Assembly (NCBI GenBank): GCA_963823665.1
Contig: CAWGMQ010000010.1
Coordinates: 832,001-896,000 of the forward strand
DNA length: 64,000 nt
Direction of reading: 5' to 3'
From: an uncultured Planctomycetota bacterium
GTDB taxonomy: Bacteria; Planctomycetota; Planctomycetia; Isosphaerales; Isosphaeraceae
Positions 40,158 through 50,867 of the stretch are shown one piece after another. A program made the position numbers and the translations under genes. The first letter of the stretch is position 1. The number at the start of each line of letters is the position of its first letter. Under the pieces are notes generated by a model. It was not told the DNA's origin, searched no databases, and was given only the letters and a program-made list of their open reading frames with translations.

Positions 40158-40916
40158 ATGAAGCGATTCCTTGGTGCGGTGCTAACGGTATCGGTAGTTT
40201 GCGCGATGAGCGGCTGGAGCCGCGCGGACGAAAAGGAAGCAACGGCGATCCTCGACAAGGCCATCAAGGCCATGGGCGGCGAGGAGAAGCTGAGCAAGAT
40301 CAAGTGCTTCACGGTGAAGTCAAAAGGGACTCTCACCATCATGGGTAATGACAGCGATTTCACCACGAGCGCGACCCACGAAGGCCTCGATCGCCTCCGG
40401 TCGGAATTCAACGGTAAGTTCGGCGACAATGACTTCAAGGCGGTGGCGGTTGTAGACGGCGACAAGGGGTGGAGCAAGTTCGGTGATATGGATATGGAAA
40501 TGGACGCGAAACGGCTCAAGGATGAAAAGCGCCGCAACTACTTGAGCCTGGTTTCCTCGTTCGTCATCTTCGCCAAAGGGAAGGGCTTCAAGCTTGAGAC
40601 TGCGGGCGAGGAAAAGGTCGGCGACAAGCCGGCGGCGGTTTTGAAGGTGACGGGGCCGGACGGGCAGGATTTCAAGCTTTTCTTCGACAAGGAAAGCGGC
40701 TTGCTCGTCAAACAAGTGGCCACCGTGCCTGAATTCGGCCCGGAGGGGGAATTCACGCAGGAGTCGATGTATAGCGACTATAAAGACTTCGACGGCATCA
40801 AGAGAGCCACGAAGCTCGAACTGCGGCGGGACGGCGAGAAATTCCTGTCGTCTGAGCTTGTCGAATTCAAGGTCCTCGACAAGGTCGAGCCCGACACCTT
40901 CACCCAGCCGAAGTAA
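40158..40916 (+). CDS. Secreted hypothetical protein (beta-rich)
   Basis: Signal peptide, ILDKAIKAMGGEEKL, LFFDKESGLL, YSDYKDFDG. Confidence 0.75.
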   Translation: MKRFLGAVLTVSVVCAMSGWSRADEKEATAILDKAIKAMGGEEKLSKIKCFTVKSKGTLTIMGNDSDFTTSATHEGLDRLRSEFNGKFGDNDFKAVAVVDGDKGWSKFGDMDMEMDAKRLKDEKRRNYLSLVSSFVIFAKGKGFKLETAGEEKVGDKPAAVLKVTGPDGQDFKLFFDKESGLLVKQVATVPEFGPEGEFTQESMYSDYKDFDGIKRATKLELRRDGEKFLSSELVEFKVLDKVEPDTFTQPK

Positions 40917-40922
40917 AACGCG

Positions 40923-42287
40923 TTACTGTTTGGGCGGGAGAAGCTTCGCCACCGCGGCCGTCATCGCGCGGATTCCGGTGGTGATGCTCGGCCCGGGATC
41001 CGGATAGTATTTCGACGAATGCAATGGCGGCATGGTCTGTCCCTTGGCGGTCGCCGCGGCGATGCGATCGGGGTGGACCGTGCCCAGCCAGAACATGCAA
41101 ATCGGAACGTTTCCTTCGCTGAACAGGCCGAAATCTTCCGCGCCCATGACCGGCTTGGCCGGACCGACACTGGCCGCGCCGAGTGCCTCAACGAGCGCGG
41201 GCACGACGCGAGTGACCAGCTCGGGCGTGTTGACGGTCGGCGGCGTGCTCTCTTCCACTTCGACCGTCGGCTCGGGCGCCTGGTGCGCTTGAGCGATCCC
41301 GGCAACGCGCCGCTTGATGGATTCGATGAGCTGCAACCGAACCGGCTCGCTGAAGGTACGCAGCGTGAGCTGGAGCTTCACCTCGTCCGGGATGATGTTG
41401 TGCTTGGTTCCGCCGTGAATCGACCCCACGGTGACGACCGCCGGCTCTCCCGGCTCGATCTCCCTGCTCACGATCGTCTGGAGATCGACGACAACAAGTG
41501 CGGCCAGGACGATCGGGTCGACCGTGCGGTGGGGCCAGGCGCCGTGGCCTCCTTTGCCGCGCACGGTGATCGTGAGCGAAGTCGAGCTCGCGAGCGTGGG
41601 GCCGGAGCAGTACCGGACCGTGCCGATGGGCTCGTCGGGGCGGCAGTGGAGCGCAAGCGCGAAATCAGGCTTCGGAAAGCGGGTGTACAGACCATCCCTG
41701 AGCATGTTGCGGGCGCCGTCGACAGCCTCTTCGGCTGGTTGGGCGACCAGGAGCACGGTGCCCGACCAGCGGTCGCGATGGTCGGCTAGCCAGCGCGCGG
41801 TTCCGATGAAGCTTGTCATGTGAACGTCGTGGCCGCAGGCGTGCATCACGCCCACGTCGCGGCCGGCCTTGTCGCGGGTCTTGACGGCGCTCGCATAGGC
41901 GAGCCCGGTCTCCTCGACAACGGGCAACGCGTCCATGTCGGTGCGGACCAAGACGACCGGGCCAACACCATTCTTGAGGATGCCCACGACCCCGTACCCG
42001 CCCACGTTCGGGGTGACGCTCGCGCCGGCTTTCTCCAGCTCGAGCGCGACTCGCTTCGACGTCTCGACCTCGACGCGCGACAGCTCGGGATGGGTGTGAA
42101 AATGGGTGTAGAGTTTCAGAAGCTCGTCGAGATGCTGGGCGATCCAGGGATCAGATGCCGCAGGCGCTGGATCTTGCCCGCTCGCCTCTCCGGCGCGGAC
42201 GGCCGCCGGAAGCGGTCCAACAGCCAGAGCAAGCAGACCGACAACCACGCCGGACCAGGAACATGAAGCAATCGGTGCGCGCATCAT
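40923..42287 (-). CDS. M20D amidohydrolase (hippurate hydrolase-like)
   Basis: HPELS, RTDMDALP, HACGHD, QPAEE, GGHG, MGAEDF. Confidence 0.92.
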   Translation of the reverse strand: MMRAPIASCSWSGVVVGLLALAVGPLPAAVRAGEASGQDPAPAASDPWIAQHLDELLKLYTHFHTHPELSRVEVETSKRVALELEKAGASVTPNVGGYGVVGILKNGVGPVVLVRTDMDALPVVEETGLAYASAVKTRDKAGRDVGVMHACGHDVHMTSFIGTARWLADHRDRWSGTVLLVAQPAEEAVDGARNMLRDGLYTRFPKPDFALALHCRPDEPIGTVRYCSGPTLASSTSLTITVRGKGGHGAWPHRTVDPIVLAALVVVDLQTIVSREIEPGEPAVVTVGSIHGGTKHNIIPDEVKLQLTLRTFSEPVRLQLIESIKRRVAGIAQAHQAPEPTVEVEESTPPTVNTPELVTRVVPALVEALGAASVGPAKPVMGAEDFGLFSEGNVPICMFWLGTVHPDRIAAATAKGQTMPPLHSSKYYPDPGPSITTGIRAMTAAVAKLLPPKQ

Positions 42288-42332
42288 TCAATTACGCCTC
42301 CCAGGCGGCTGGATCGTGGGCGGTTGCACTGA

Positions 42333-42653
42333 TCAATCAAATCCCATTTGCTTCTGATACGCCATCGCCTTGGCGTGCTCGGCTTCGGGGATCCGCCCAC
42401 AGCGTTGATAAATGACCGAAAGTGCGGTGAAGCTGAACGCATCATCGGGCTCGAGCTCGGCGACCTTGAGCGCGTGCGCGATGGCTTCTTCCGCATTAGC
42501 GAGGTCGGCATAGAGCTTGGCCAGCATGCCGTGGCCGATGGCAAACCCAGGGTCGAGTGCGACCGCTTCCTCGAGCTTGGCGACCGCGGCTTCCTTGTTT
42601 CCCTGGTCGCGAAGGTCGGCGGCCTGGTCATAAAGTTCGTTCGGGGTCGGCAT
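42333..42653 (-). CDS. TPR protein
   Basis: Tandem TPR-like helices (ALDPGFAIGHGMLAKLY; ELEPDDAFSFTALSVIY). Confidence 0.8.
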   Translation of the reverse strand: MPTPNELYDQAADLRDQGNKEAAVAKLEEAVALDPGFAIGHGMLAKLYADLANAEEAIAHALKVAELEPDDAFSFTALSVIYQRCGRIPEAEHAKAMAYQKQMGFD

Positions 42654-42847
42654 GTCTGCGATTCCTGTCCCGTAGTTCGTCGTGGAGAACCCGAATCATT
42701 CTAAGGCGTTCCGCGGCCCGTTTGCCAGACCCGGCCCGGCCAGGGACGGATCAGCCGCGCGGGCCGCCGCGCCGAGGAATCGCCTGGCATGCCCTTTGCG
42801 TCGAAATCTCACCGGCCGTCAGGGCGGATGACTCGCATCGCCGGGCC

Positions 42848-42875
42848 GAATCGCCTAACATGGGTTACGTACACT
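42848..42875 (+). other. dif-like XerC/XerD site candidate
   Basis: GAATCGCCTAA-CATGGG-TTACGTACACT: 11-6-11 layout with TAA/TTA flanking a 6-bp core; intergenic. Confidence 0.45.
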
Positions 42876-42903
42876 ATTTGGCGGCTGCGCCAGGAGAACG
42901 TCG

Positions 42904-43689
42904 ATGCTCTTGTCTTACGCTGATGAAGGTCCGGGACCGGCTGTGGTCTTGCTGCACGGGTTTCCGCTCTCCCGCGCGATGTGGGCCGAGCAGATTTCGT
43001 CGCTGGGCGCGATTTATCGCGTGATCGCACCAGACCTACGGGGCCACGGCGACTCGCCGGCTCCCGAGGGCATTTACACTATGGACGAGATGGCGGACGA
43101 CGTCATCGAAACGCTTGACAGCTTGCATGTTTCCGAGCGGGTCGTCCTGGGCGGGTTGTCGATGGGGGGATACGTGGCGCTGTCGATCATTGCGCGATAT
43201 CCCGAACGGGTCCGTGCGCTTTTGCTCATGGATACGCAGGCCGGCGCCGATTCGACCGAGGCGGCCGCGACCCGTGAAGTCACGGCGCAAACGGTCCTCG
43301 AAGCAAACAATGCTGCCCCGATCGTCGACGGCATGATCGCGCGGCTCTTCAGCCCGGCCTTTCGCCAAGAGCGACCGGAGAAGGTTGAGCCGCTCAGAAC
43401 GGTGATGGCGCAAGCGACGCCGCGAGGAGTTGCCGGAGCCTTGCGCGGGATGGCGAAACGGCCCGACCGGCGAGGCGACCTCGGCAAGATCGCTGTGCCC
43501 ACGCTCGTGCTGGTTGGTGAAGCCGACGTGATCACGCCTCCAGCGGTTGCGAAGTCGCTCGCCGATTCCATTCCCGGTGCGCAGCTCGAAGTGATCGCCG
43601 GGGCAGGGCACATGGCCCCCTACGAGAATCCGTCGGTGGCAAACGCCGTGCTCCTTCGATTCCTCCAGAGCTTGGAGGGCCAAGCTTGA
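42904..43689 (+). CDS. Alpha/beta-fold hydrolase
   Basis: LLHGFP, PDLRGHG, GLSMGG, GEAD, AGH. Confidence 0.9.
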   Translation: MLLSYADEGPGPAVVLLHGFPLSRAMWAEQISSLGAIYRVIAPDLRGHGDSPAPEGIYTMDEMADDVIETLDSLHVSERVVLGGLSMGGYVALSIIARYPERVRALLLMDTQAGADSTEAAATREVTAQTVLEANNAAPIVDGMIARLFSPAFRQERPEKVEPLRTVMAQATPRGVAGALRGMAKRPDRRGDLGKIAVPTLVLVGEADVITPPAVAKSLADSIPGAQLEVIAGAGHMAPYENPSVANAVLLRFLQSLEGQA

Positions 43690-44915
43690 TGGCCGGCGGG
43701 ACTTTGGGGGAGCTCGTCACCACTCAGTCGCAGCTTTCCTCGCTGGTGGAGCACTTGCGGTCGAGCGGGCGGTTCGCCCTCGATACGGAATTTGTTTCGG
43801 AGGATTCATTCGAACCGATCCTGTGTTTGCTTCAGCTCGCAACTCGCGACCGGCTCGCAGTGATCGATCCCTTCGCCGTTCGCGATCTCTCGCCGCTCTG
43901 GGATGTCATCAACGATCCGTCAATTGAAGTGGTGATGCACGCCGCCGGCGAGGACCTGCGGATCTGCCATCTGAAAACCGGCACCCTGCCGCGACGCGTC
44001 TTCGACGTGCAAATCGCCGCCGGGCTGATCGGTCATTCCTACCCCTTGTCGCTCGTCAATCTCGTCTCGCAGGTGCTTTCCAAGAGTCTCTCCGGAAGCG
44101 AGACACGCACGGATTGGCGTCATCGGCCGCTCACGACGGCCCAGTACGAGTACGCACTTGACGACGTCCGCCACTTGCTGGATGTCGCCGATCATATCTC
44201 CGCCCGTTTGGAGCAGCTCGGACGGCTCGCGTGGGCCGAGGCCGAGTTTGGCGACCTGGTGAGTTCGGTCGCGCGTCGCGCCGCCGACGATCGCTGGCGC
44301 CGCCTGCCGGGGTTGCATCAACTCAATCGCCGCTGCCTCGAGATGGCTCGCCGTCTCGCCGACTGGCGCGAAGACGAGGCCCGGAGGATGAACCGGCCAC
44401 TGCGCCAGATCTTGCGAGACGATCTGCTCGTAGCCATCGCCAAGCGCCAGCCGACAAATCGGCGGGCGCTCGAAGCGCTCCGCGACTTCAACCGGCCAGC
44501 CCTCCTCAAGCGTGCTGACGAAATTCTCACGGTCCTCGAAGACGCCCGCGCGGTGCCGGAGGACCAGCTTCCCGAGGTCGCACCCCGCTACGAAGAGCCG
44601 CCCGGACTATCGACAACGACCAACTTGCTCTCCGCCGCCCTGGCGCAGCGCTGTGTACAGAACCAGATCGCCGGGTCAATCGTCGCCAATGTCGCCGATC
44701 TCAAGGAGATGGTCCGGTGGTATGTCGATGGCCGCGATCCGTCTCGTCGTCCTGCACTCCTGAACGGCTGGCGCACCGACTTCTGCGGCGGGCTGCTGCT
44801 GGACGTGATCGAGGGCCGCTTCACCTTGCGAGTCGTCGAGCCCGGCAGCGAGTTCCCGGTTGCGGTCGAGCCGGTCGCCGGGCCGTCGACCCGATCAGAC
44901 GACACGCCGCGCTGA
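43689..44915 (+). CDS. rnd: Ribonuclease D (DEDD exonuclease + HRDC)
   Basis: ALDTEF, HAAGEDL, FDVQIAA, TDWRHRPL, YALDDV, WREDEARR. Confidence 0.88.
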   Translation: MAGGTLGELVTTQSQLSSLVEHLRSSGRFALDTEFVSEDSFEPILCLLQLATRDRLAVIDPFAVRDLSPLWDVINDPSIEVVMHAAGEDLRICHLKTGTLPRRVFDVQIAAGLIGHSYPLSLVNLVSQVLSKSLSGSETRTDWRHRPLTTAQYEYALDDVRHLLDVADHISARLEQLGRLAWAEAEFGDLVSSVARRAADDRWRRLPGLHQLNRRCLEMARRLADWREDEARRMNRPLRQILRDDLLVAIAKRQPTNRRALEALRDFNRPALLKRADEILTVLEDARAVPEDQLPEVAPRYEEPPGLSTTTNLLSAALAQRCVQNQIAGSIVANVADLKEMVRWYVDGRDPSRRPALLNGWRTDFCGGLLLDVIEGRFTLRVVEPGSEFPVAVEPVAGPSTRSDDTPR

Positions 44916-44985
44916 GCCAGAGTGCTCCCTCGCTCGTGGATCGTTTCTGGAAGCAATTCAGCTTCTGCCCTCTTGTGAATTCAAC

Positions 44986-45828
44986 ATGCACCGGATTCTG
45001 AGCTGCTATACGAACTGCTACGGTGCCGCCGGAGTCTGGGCGGCCGTCGAGCGAATCAAGGACGCCGGCATCGGTTCGCTCGAGCTGGCGCTGCGCGGCC
45101 ACAATTTCGGCGGCCTCGTGATACCTGAGGAGGTCGTCATCACCGAGAAGGCCGACGACGCCACCGCTCGAGCATTCTGCGACCATCTCGAGCGCCACGC
45201 CGTGAAGGTAAGCGGCTGCAACGTGGGAGGCGCAGACCTGCGCACGGATGCGGGCTTCCAGCAGACAAAGCGTCGGATCGAGTTCGCCGGACGCTGGTTC
45301 GGCTCGAGGATCTGCGTCTCCGGCGCCGGCCAGCCGGCGAGCCCCGCCGAGCGTCGGACGATCGTTGACCATCTGCGACGCCTTGGCGACACGGTGGGCG
45401 AGCACGCAATAACCCTCGCGCTGGAAACCCATCAAGGCCCCACTCAGAACGCGGAGGCAATGCTTGCCCTGATGGACGAGATCGCGCATCCCCACGTTCG
45501 CCTCAACTTCGACACCGGCAACATCGCCTATTACAACCAATCGGCCGACCCCTGCGCCCAGCTCGAGCAGGTGAAACACCTGGTCGCAAACGTGCATTTG
45601 AAAGACAATCGAGGTGGGTTCGAGGACTGGTATTTCCCGGCGTTGGGAGACGGTGGCGGCGTTGATTTTACTCGCGTTCGACAGATCTTGGACGGACAGG
45701 GCTTTGCCGGACCGTACACCATCGAGATCGAGGGCATCGCCGGGGAGCCTGAGCCCGGCCTCGAAGGACGCCACGACCGCATCGCCAGGAGCGTGCGGCA
45801 CCTTCACACCTGCGGTTACTTCGATTGA
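44986..45828 (+). CDS. Sugar phosphate isomerase/epimerase (TIM barrel)
   Basis: LALETH, NFDTGN, VHLKD, TIEIE. Confidence 0.88.
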   Translation: MHRILSCYTNCYGAAGVWAAVERIKDAGIGSLELALRGHNFGGLVIPEEVVITEKADDATARAFCDHLERHAVKVSGCNVGGADLRTDAGFQQTKRRIEFAGRWFGSRICVSGAGQPASPAERRTIVDHLRRLGDTVGEHAITLALETHQGPTQNAEAMLALMDEIAHPHVRLNFDTGNIAYYNQSADPCAQLEQVKHLVANVHLKDNRGGFEDWYFPALGDGGGVDFTRVRQILDGQGFAGPYTIEIEGIAGEPEPGLEGRHDRIARSVRHLHTCGYFD

Positions 45829-45835
45829 GTTTTGA

Positions 45836-45934
45836 TGGCGGGAACGTATGGGAATCGAACCCACCAGGAGCCTGTTTCCAGACCCCTCACTGGTTTTGAA
45901 GACCAGGCCGGGCACCAGCCTCGGACACGCTCCC
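45836..45934 (-). tRNA. selC: tRNA-Sec (anticodon UCA)
   Basis: 8-bp acceptor GGGAGCGT/ACGTTCCC plus GCCA, anticodon arm CTGGT-CTTCAAA-ACCAG, long variable arm GGGGTCTG-GAAA-CAGGCTCC, T-loop TTCGATT. Confidence 0.93.
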
Positions 45935-46012
45935 GAAAGGAATGATCGATCAGTTGGAGCCTTCGATGACTTGACGTGCCGTGCTTCCACGAGCGCTCGC
46001 CGAGAAAAGCCA

Positions 46013-46942
46013 TCACAGCGAGACGCTCTCGCGCGACAGCCCCGCCAATTTGCCCTGGTGCGGTGGGATGATCGTATAGGGCGGTATCGCGGCGAAAGCC
46101 TCCCAGGCCGCACCCAGTTCGCTCTGGCCTGGCTGCCCCGGATGGACGAGCAATCGGTAGCGCAACAGTAATGGATGATCGCGCGCCACTCCATACGCCG
46201 CTTCGCGGTTGAACGATGCCCCGATCCAGCCGTCGGCCCGCACGTGCCAGCGCACCGGGTGGCCGGGATTCGAGGGATGGTCCATGAAACAGATTCCCTC
46301 GGCCTTGGTGGCGGTACTCGGCCCGGAGTAGTCGACCCAAGTACTGGGCTCGCCCATGACCGCCGATTCACCGACGTAGCCTCGCGCGTTCATCAAGCGT
46401 CCGCCGCCGAACTGCTCGGACATCGTCTTCGCCACGCGGACGCCCAGAAAGCCGAAGTTGGTTTTGCCCAGCTCGAGGGGTATTCCGCCTGAGGACTCCA
46501 GGCGCGACTGGAGGTCCAGCGCGAATCCGCCGCCGCCGGCCGGTTCGATCACCAGGATCAGCTCGTGGTGAAGCTGCGAGCGTCCCTGCGCCCACCAGTC
46601 AAGATCGGCGACCAGACCGCCCCACTCCGGGCCGTCATGAAAGAGCCGCACACATCGGTGCCGGATCCGGATGTCGCTCGAGGGCCGGTCTTCCCAGAAG
46701 TTCATCCCGCCGATGCTTTCATGCCCGAACCAGACCGACTTGTGATGCTCGTGGCCAATCGGATTGGGGTGCCCGATGCGCGTCAGGCCCGCTCCCGATG
46801 CGCCGACTAGAGGAAAGACATACGGCCGCGTGCCCTCTTCGGCGTACTCGTAGCCGGCCCGCTCCACGCCGTCGACGCGAAGGCTGGCGCGGCCGACCCC
46901 CGGGATGGCCTGCACTCGCGGGAAAGTCGGGGAACCTTTCAT
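46013..46942 (-). CDS. DUF6807-like ('PmoA family') beta-sandwich protein
   Basis: RPYVFPL, HEHHKSVWFGH, FGFLGVRVA, WVDYSG, DHPSNP, WHVR. Confidence 0.7.
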   Translation of the reverse strand: MKGSPTFPRVQAIPGVGRASLRVDGVERAGYEYAEEGTRPYVFPLVGASGAGLTRIGHPNPIGHEHHKSVWFGHESIGGMNFWEDRPSSDIRIRHRCVRLFHDGPEWGGLVADLDWWAQGRSQLHHELILVIEPAGGGGFALDLQSRLESSGGIPLELGKTNFGFLGVRVAKTMSEQFGGGRLMNARGYVGESAVMGEPSTWVDYSGPSTATKAEGICFMDHPSNPGHPVRWHVRADGWIGASFNREAAYGVARDHPLLLRYRLLVHPGQPGQSELGAAWEAFAAIPPYTIIPPHQGKLAGLSRESVSL

Positions 46943-47154
46943 GAATCTGACCCACCCACCTTGACGCGGATGGCCTCCCAGCAGCGTTTACCGTTTGCGT
47001 ATTTTCGATCATCGTCGCCGGGTTTCCTTCAAGTTGCAACACTCCGGATTTCGATAACAGCGATACGCTGGACGATTTTCCGCAAAGAATCCGCAACGGC
47101 AGACGAATCTTCGAATAAGACACCTTGCAGGGGTCGTTTTGGAGGGGGCTTGCG

Positions 47155-47949
47155 ATGGGTTTGGATATAACCTTGGGAGTCATCATCCTGATCGCCGCCT
47201 TCCGCGGCTGGTTTCAGGGGTTTGTCAGCCAGGCCGTGCGCCTGTGCGGTTTGATCATCTCCGTTTACGTTGCAGCCTACGTGCGCGACTACGCGAAGCC
47301 GTACGTTTTGCCCTCTCTCACCTCAATCCAGCCGGATCTGGTCGATCGAATCCTCTGGTGGGTCTCCGCGGTCGCCACGTTCCTCGTCCTGGTCGGCGTG
47401 ACGATGCTCGTCGTCAAAATGACCCGAAGGCCGGAAATTCCCGGAATTTCCCAAAGGGGCCGAAATGACCAGTTCGCCGGGTTTCTCCTTGGGGGACTGA
47501 AGGGGCTTTTGGTCGCGGTCTTCGTCGTGGCCGGCATCCAGAACTATGCGATGGATCAGGTCAAGAACGTGAGCTGGGCCGAAGAGCAGGCGAAGGGATC
47601 GTGGGCACTCAAGTGGAATGAAGCGTACATGCCGGCTCGCAAGATCTGGGCGTCGAAACCGGTGCGCCACTTCGTCGATTACATCCATCGAATGGGGCTG
47701 CAAAGGCCTGGTGCTTCGTCAGATACGGAGCCGGCTGACGCGATTGACGAGGAAGATATCGTCCGCACAGCCAGCCGAACCGCTCCCGGCGATGCCAAGG
47801 ATAACGACTCCCGCGCAAGCGGTGCCACATCGACCCGGCCTTCGTCGACGTCGAATGCGCCTCCGGCGGAAGCCGGCGAGAATGCATCTGAAGGCGCCCC
47901 CAGATCACCGGCGGAAGTCGAGAAAGCCCAGGCGGCTGGCTCAAATTGA
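47155..47949 (+). CDS. CvpA family membrane protein
   Basis: LDITLGVIILIAAFRGWFQGFVSQ, DQFAGFLLGGLKG; four TM segments. Confidence 0.75.
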   Translation: MGLDITLGVIILIAAFRGWFQGFVSQAVRLCGLIISVYVAAYVRDYAKPYVLPSLTSIQPDLVDRILWWVSAVATFLVLVGVTMLVVKMTRRPEIPGISQRGRNDQFAGFLLGGLKGLLVAVFVVAGIQNYAMDQVKNVSWAEEQAKGSWALKWNEAYMPARKIWASKPVRHFVDYIHRMGLQRPGASSDTEPADAIDEEDIVRTASRTAPGDAKDNDSRASGATSTRPSSTSNAPPAEAGENASEGAPRSPAEVEKAQAAGSN

Positions 47950-48116
47950 CGTTGACTTAAATCGCTGTCCACGGCACACTTCCGGTGAATCTTGGCACGG
48001 ACGCGACGGATTCCGCCATTGTCGCCCTTCGCTCCGGGAAGGGATCACCCGTCGGGTCACTTCGCGCAGAGACGCGATGGATGGTTCGTCAAGTCGCATC
48101 GGGAAGGAGCCCGGCT

Positions 48117-50166
48117 ATGTCTGGGGCCGACTGCCCCCCTTCCAGCCGGCCAGGGTGCTGGCTGGTGTACGCCATTCTCCTGGGTCTGTATCTGACCTTC
48201 AGGGGCTACCACAGCCTCGACGGCGACCAGGCATATCGACTGCCGCTCCTGCTTCACCGCCAGGATCCGAAGCTCTACGCCACTGATCCGTTCGTCCAGG
48301 CGATTGATGCCTTCAACCCGCACCGTGGCTGCCTTATGGTCCTCGACCTGGTGACCCGGCCGCTCGGCATCTCAGCCGGGCTGTTCCTCGTCTTCGCGTT
48401 GACCTTCGCCGCGACCTGCTTCGGCATTGATCGCATTGCGCAGAATCTGGCCCGGCCTCGGGCCAGGCGTCGGAATTCTCGCAGCAGGCCTGGTGCTGGC
48501 CGCCAAGGCCGGCAACATCGGAACCAACCACATCTTTGAAGCGATGGTCCTCGACCGGCAAATTGCCTTCGCGCTCGGCTGGATCGCCCTGGCCCAGCTC
48601 ATCGTCCAACCGGACCGCGGGCGCAGGCTCGTTCTGCTCGCGATCGCGTTGGCGACGCTCGTTCACCCCTCCGCAGGGCTGCAGCTTGCCCTCACGTTTT
48701 CTGCAAGCCTGGCGGCGTGGTCTCTGCTGAGCCACCGGACCGAAATCAAGTGGCGTAGCGCGATCCTTTGGATTCTTGGGCTGGCGCTCGCCGTGATTCC
48801 CGGCTTGGTCGTCAACTTTCAGGATCCGTCACAACTTCTGGGCAAGCTGGCTCCGAGCGACTTCTGGCTCCTGAGCGTCGAGCTTCAGAGCCCTCAGCAC
48901 ATGCTCCCACACCTCTGGCAGATGCCACAATGGCTTGCGTGCCTCAGTTACCTCTCGCTCGCGGCCCTTGCCCTGGGCGCATGGAACGGCCGACGACGCC
49001 TCGCGCCCGATCACACGGCTCAGAACCTCGATTCCACCGGCCCGCCCGCCGCGCGTCTGCGGCTGATCACAGCTCTGGTCGTGCTCCTCTCCGGTCTGGC
49101 CGTCGCGTGGTTCCTGATCGAGAAGCGGCATTCGCTTCAGGTGACGGTGTTCCAGCCTTTCCGCATGGCGACGATCGCGCGAGGGATCACCCTGACCCTC
49201 CTCGCCGGGCGAATCGCCACGTTATGGAGAGCCGGCACCTGGCTGCCGCGAATGCGGGCCATCTTGCTCGCGGTCTCGATTACCGGCGACTGGCTGATGG
49301 TCGTGGTCACTCTCGCGGAGCTGGCGGCCTCGTCCGTTGAATTCCTGCGAGCGAAGCTAACGGTGCTGCCGGTCTGGAACGCCGTCGATGCCATCGTATT
49401 CGTGACAATGCTCGGCCTGGGATTGAACTTCCTCGGCCACCACGACACGAAATACGGCCACTTGCCGTTGCTTGCCGCAATCGGCGTGGGTTTGGCTTTT
49501 GCACTGCCAGGGATCCTGCGACCGCTCAAACGTCCGGCCGCAGTGAGCTTGACCTGGACACCGGCTCGTCGTCGCGCGATTCTTGCGATGGCCTGGCTCG
49601 CGCCGGCTGCGGCGCTAGTGGCGGCGGCAATCCCGCTCGATCACCCGCTGGCTCGCTCCACACTCGTGCGCGGCTTGATCAGTCGCTGCCGTTTCGCGGC
49701 GGTGCCGGCGGATGATATCGAGCGTCTGGCGTTATGGTGCCGCGGCCACACGCCCGAATCGGCGATTTTCATCGGACCTCCCGGTCCCAAGACGTTTCGC
49801 CTCTGGTCTCAGCGAAGCCTCGCGTTCAATCGGGCGGCAAGCCCCTATCACGCTGCCGGGCTGGCCGACTGGCTCGCGCGGTTTCGAGACCACGTCGGCT
49901 TCCGTGGCGACGTCACCGCGTTCGTGCACGCTTTTCTGGCTGACCGCCACGGATTCGAGGCGCGATACGACGAGCTCTCCGATCCCGAGCGAGCCGCCCT
50001 TGCCGTGCGTCAGGGTGCGAGCTACGTCGTGGCTCTGGCACCCAAACGACCCGAGGGCCGGGGGGCCGCGCCCGAGTCCGAACGCCCGCTCGAGCTCTTG
50101 CATGTCGAAGGCCGTTACGCTGTTTATCGAGTGAGGGCCGAGCTGCTCGTCCAGCGCCAGCGGTAA
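48117..50166 (+). CDS. Multi-pass membrane protein, DUF6798-like (possible GT-C glycosyltransferase); frameshift ~48440
   Basis: DQAYRLP..DPKLYATDPF N-terminus, many TM helices, C-terminal WCRGHTPESAIFIGPP..FRLWSQRS. Confidence 0.65.
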
Positions 50167-50804
50167 CGAAGCCGCTGCGTATGCGTCGCCGGGTCGACCT
50201 TCGCTCGGATCTCAGCACGCACCTGGCCAAAACGCCAATCGGATATCTCCACCGTCGCCGGCGCCTCTGCGAGGAGCTCGAGCACGACACGGCTTCGATC
50301 CACCCCTTCCCACGCGACGGAGCGCTCCGACGATTGGCTCGCCCGGGGGCGTGGGCTTGGTCCAGATAAGAAGTAAGTCGCTGCCAGCTTCTCCACCGGC
50401 CCTCGACACCGGTCGGCGACATCGACGTCAAGGACCATGCGCTCCGGCATTTCGGGGTCGGGGTAAAGGCTGAAGACAGCCGAAAAATGGTGATTGAAGC
50501 ACGAGCCGGTCAGCAGCGCGCACAGACCGGGACCCAGCTCCGCAGAAAGCTCGTGCTGCACGATCTCTTGATACACGGGATCGTCGATGCGACTTTCAAC
50601 AGTTGGCTCAAATTCCTTGTCTGAACCGCGGGCCGATTGTAAGTGCCAGGATTCGCGCGCGCTCGTCGCGCCGTCGGACCGGAAATCCGTGCAGATCAGG
50701 TGGCCCAGCCGGCTATCGCCCGTAAACAGCACCGCGCTCGGAGGCGCCATCATCACCGCGATCCCGGATTCAAACGGTTCGAAACAAAAATCACGTGGCG
50801 GCAT
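50124..50804 (-). CDS. Hypothetical protein
   Basis: Open frame with protein-like composition, overlapping the 3' end of the convergent gene. Confidence 0.5.
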   Translation of the reverse strand: MPPRDFCFEPFESGIAVMMAPPSAVLFTGDSRLGHLICTDFRSDGATSARESWHLQSARGSDKEFEPTVESRIDDPVYQEIVQHELSAELGPGLCALLTGSCFNHHFSAVFSLYPDPEMPERMVLDVDVADRCRGPVEKLAATYFLSGPSPRPRASQSSERSVAWEGVDRSRVVLELLAEAPATVEISDWRFGQVRAEIRAKVDPATHTQRLRYRWRWTSSSALTR

Positions 50805-50845
50805 CGCGAAAACCAAGGTACGTCGGACTTCAACCTGCCGATCGA

Positions 50846-50867
50846 GTAGGTCAGGCTTCAGCCTGAC
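50846..50867 (+). repeat. GTAG-type REP palindrome
   Basis: GTAG-GTCAGGCT-TC-AGCCTGAC; related palindrome near 58577-58596. Confidence 0.65.

Noticed and set aside
45780..46010. Genomic island integrated at selC
   Set aside because: No integrase and no duplicated tRNA 3' end noticed; the flanks are ordinary genes.
46013..46942. Particulate methane monooxygenase subunit
   Set aside because: Soluble protein without multiple TM helices and no pmoB/pmoC; the family label is misleading.
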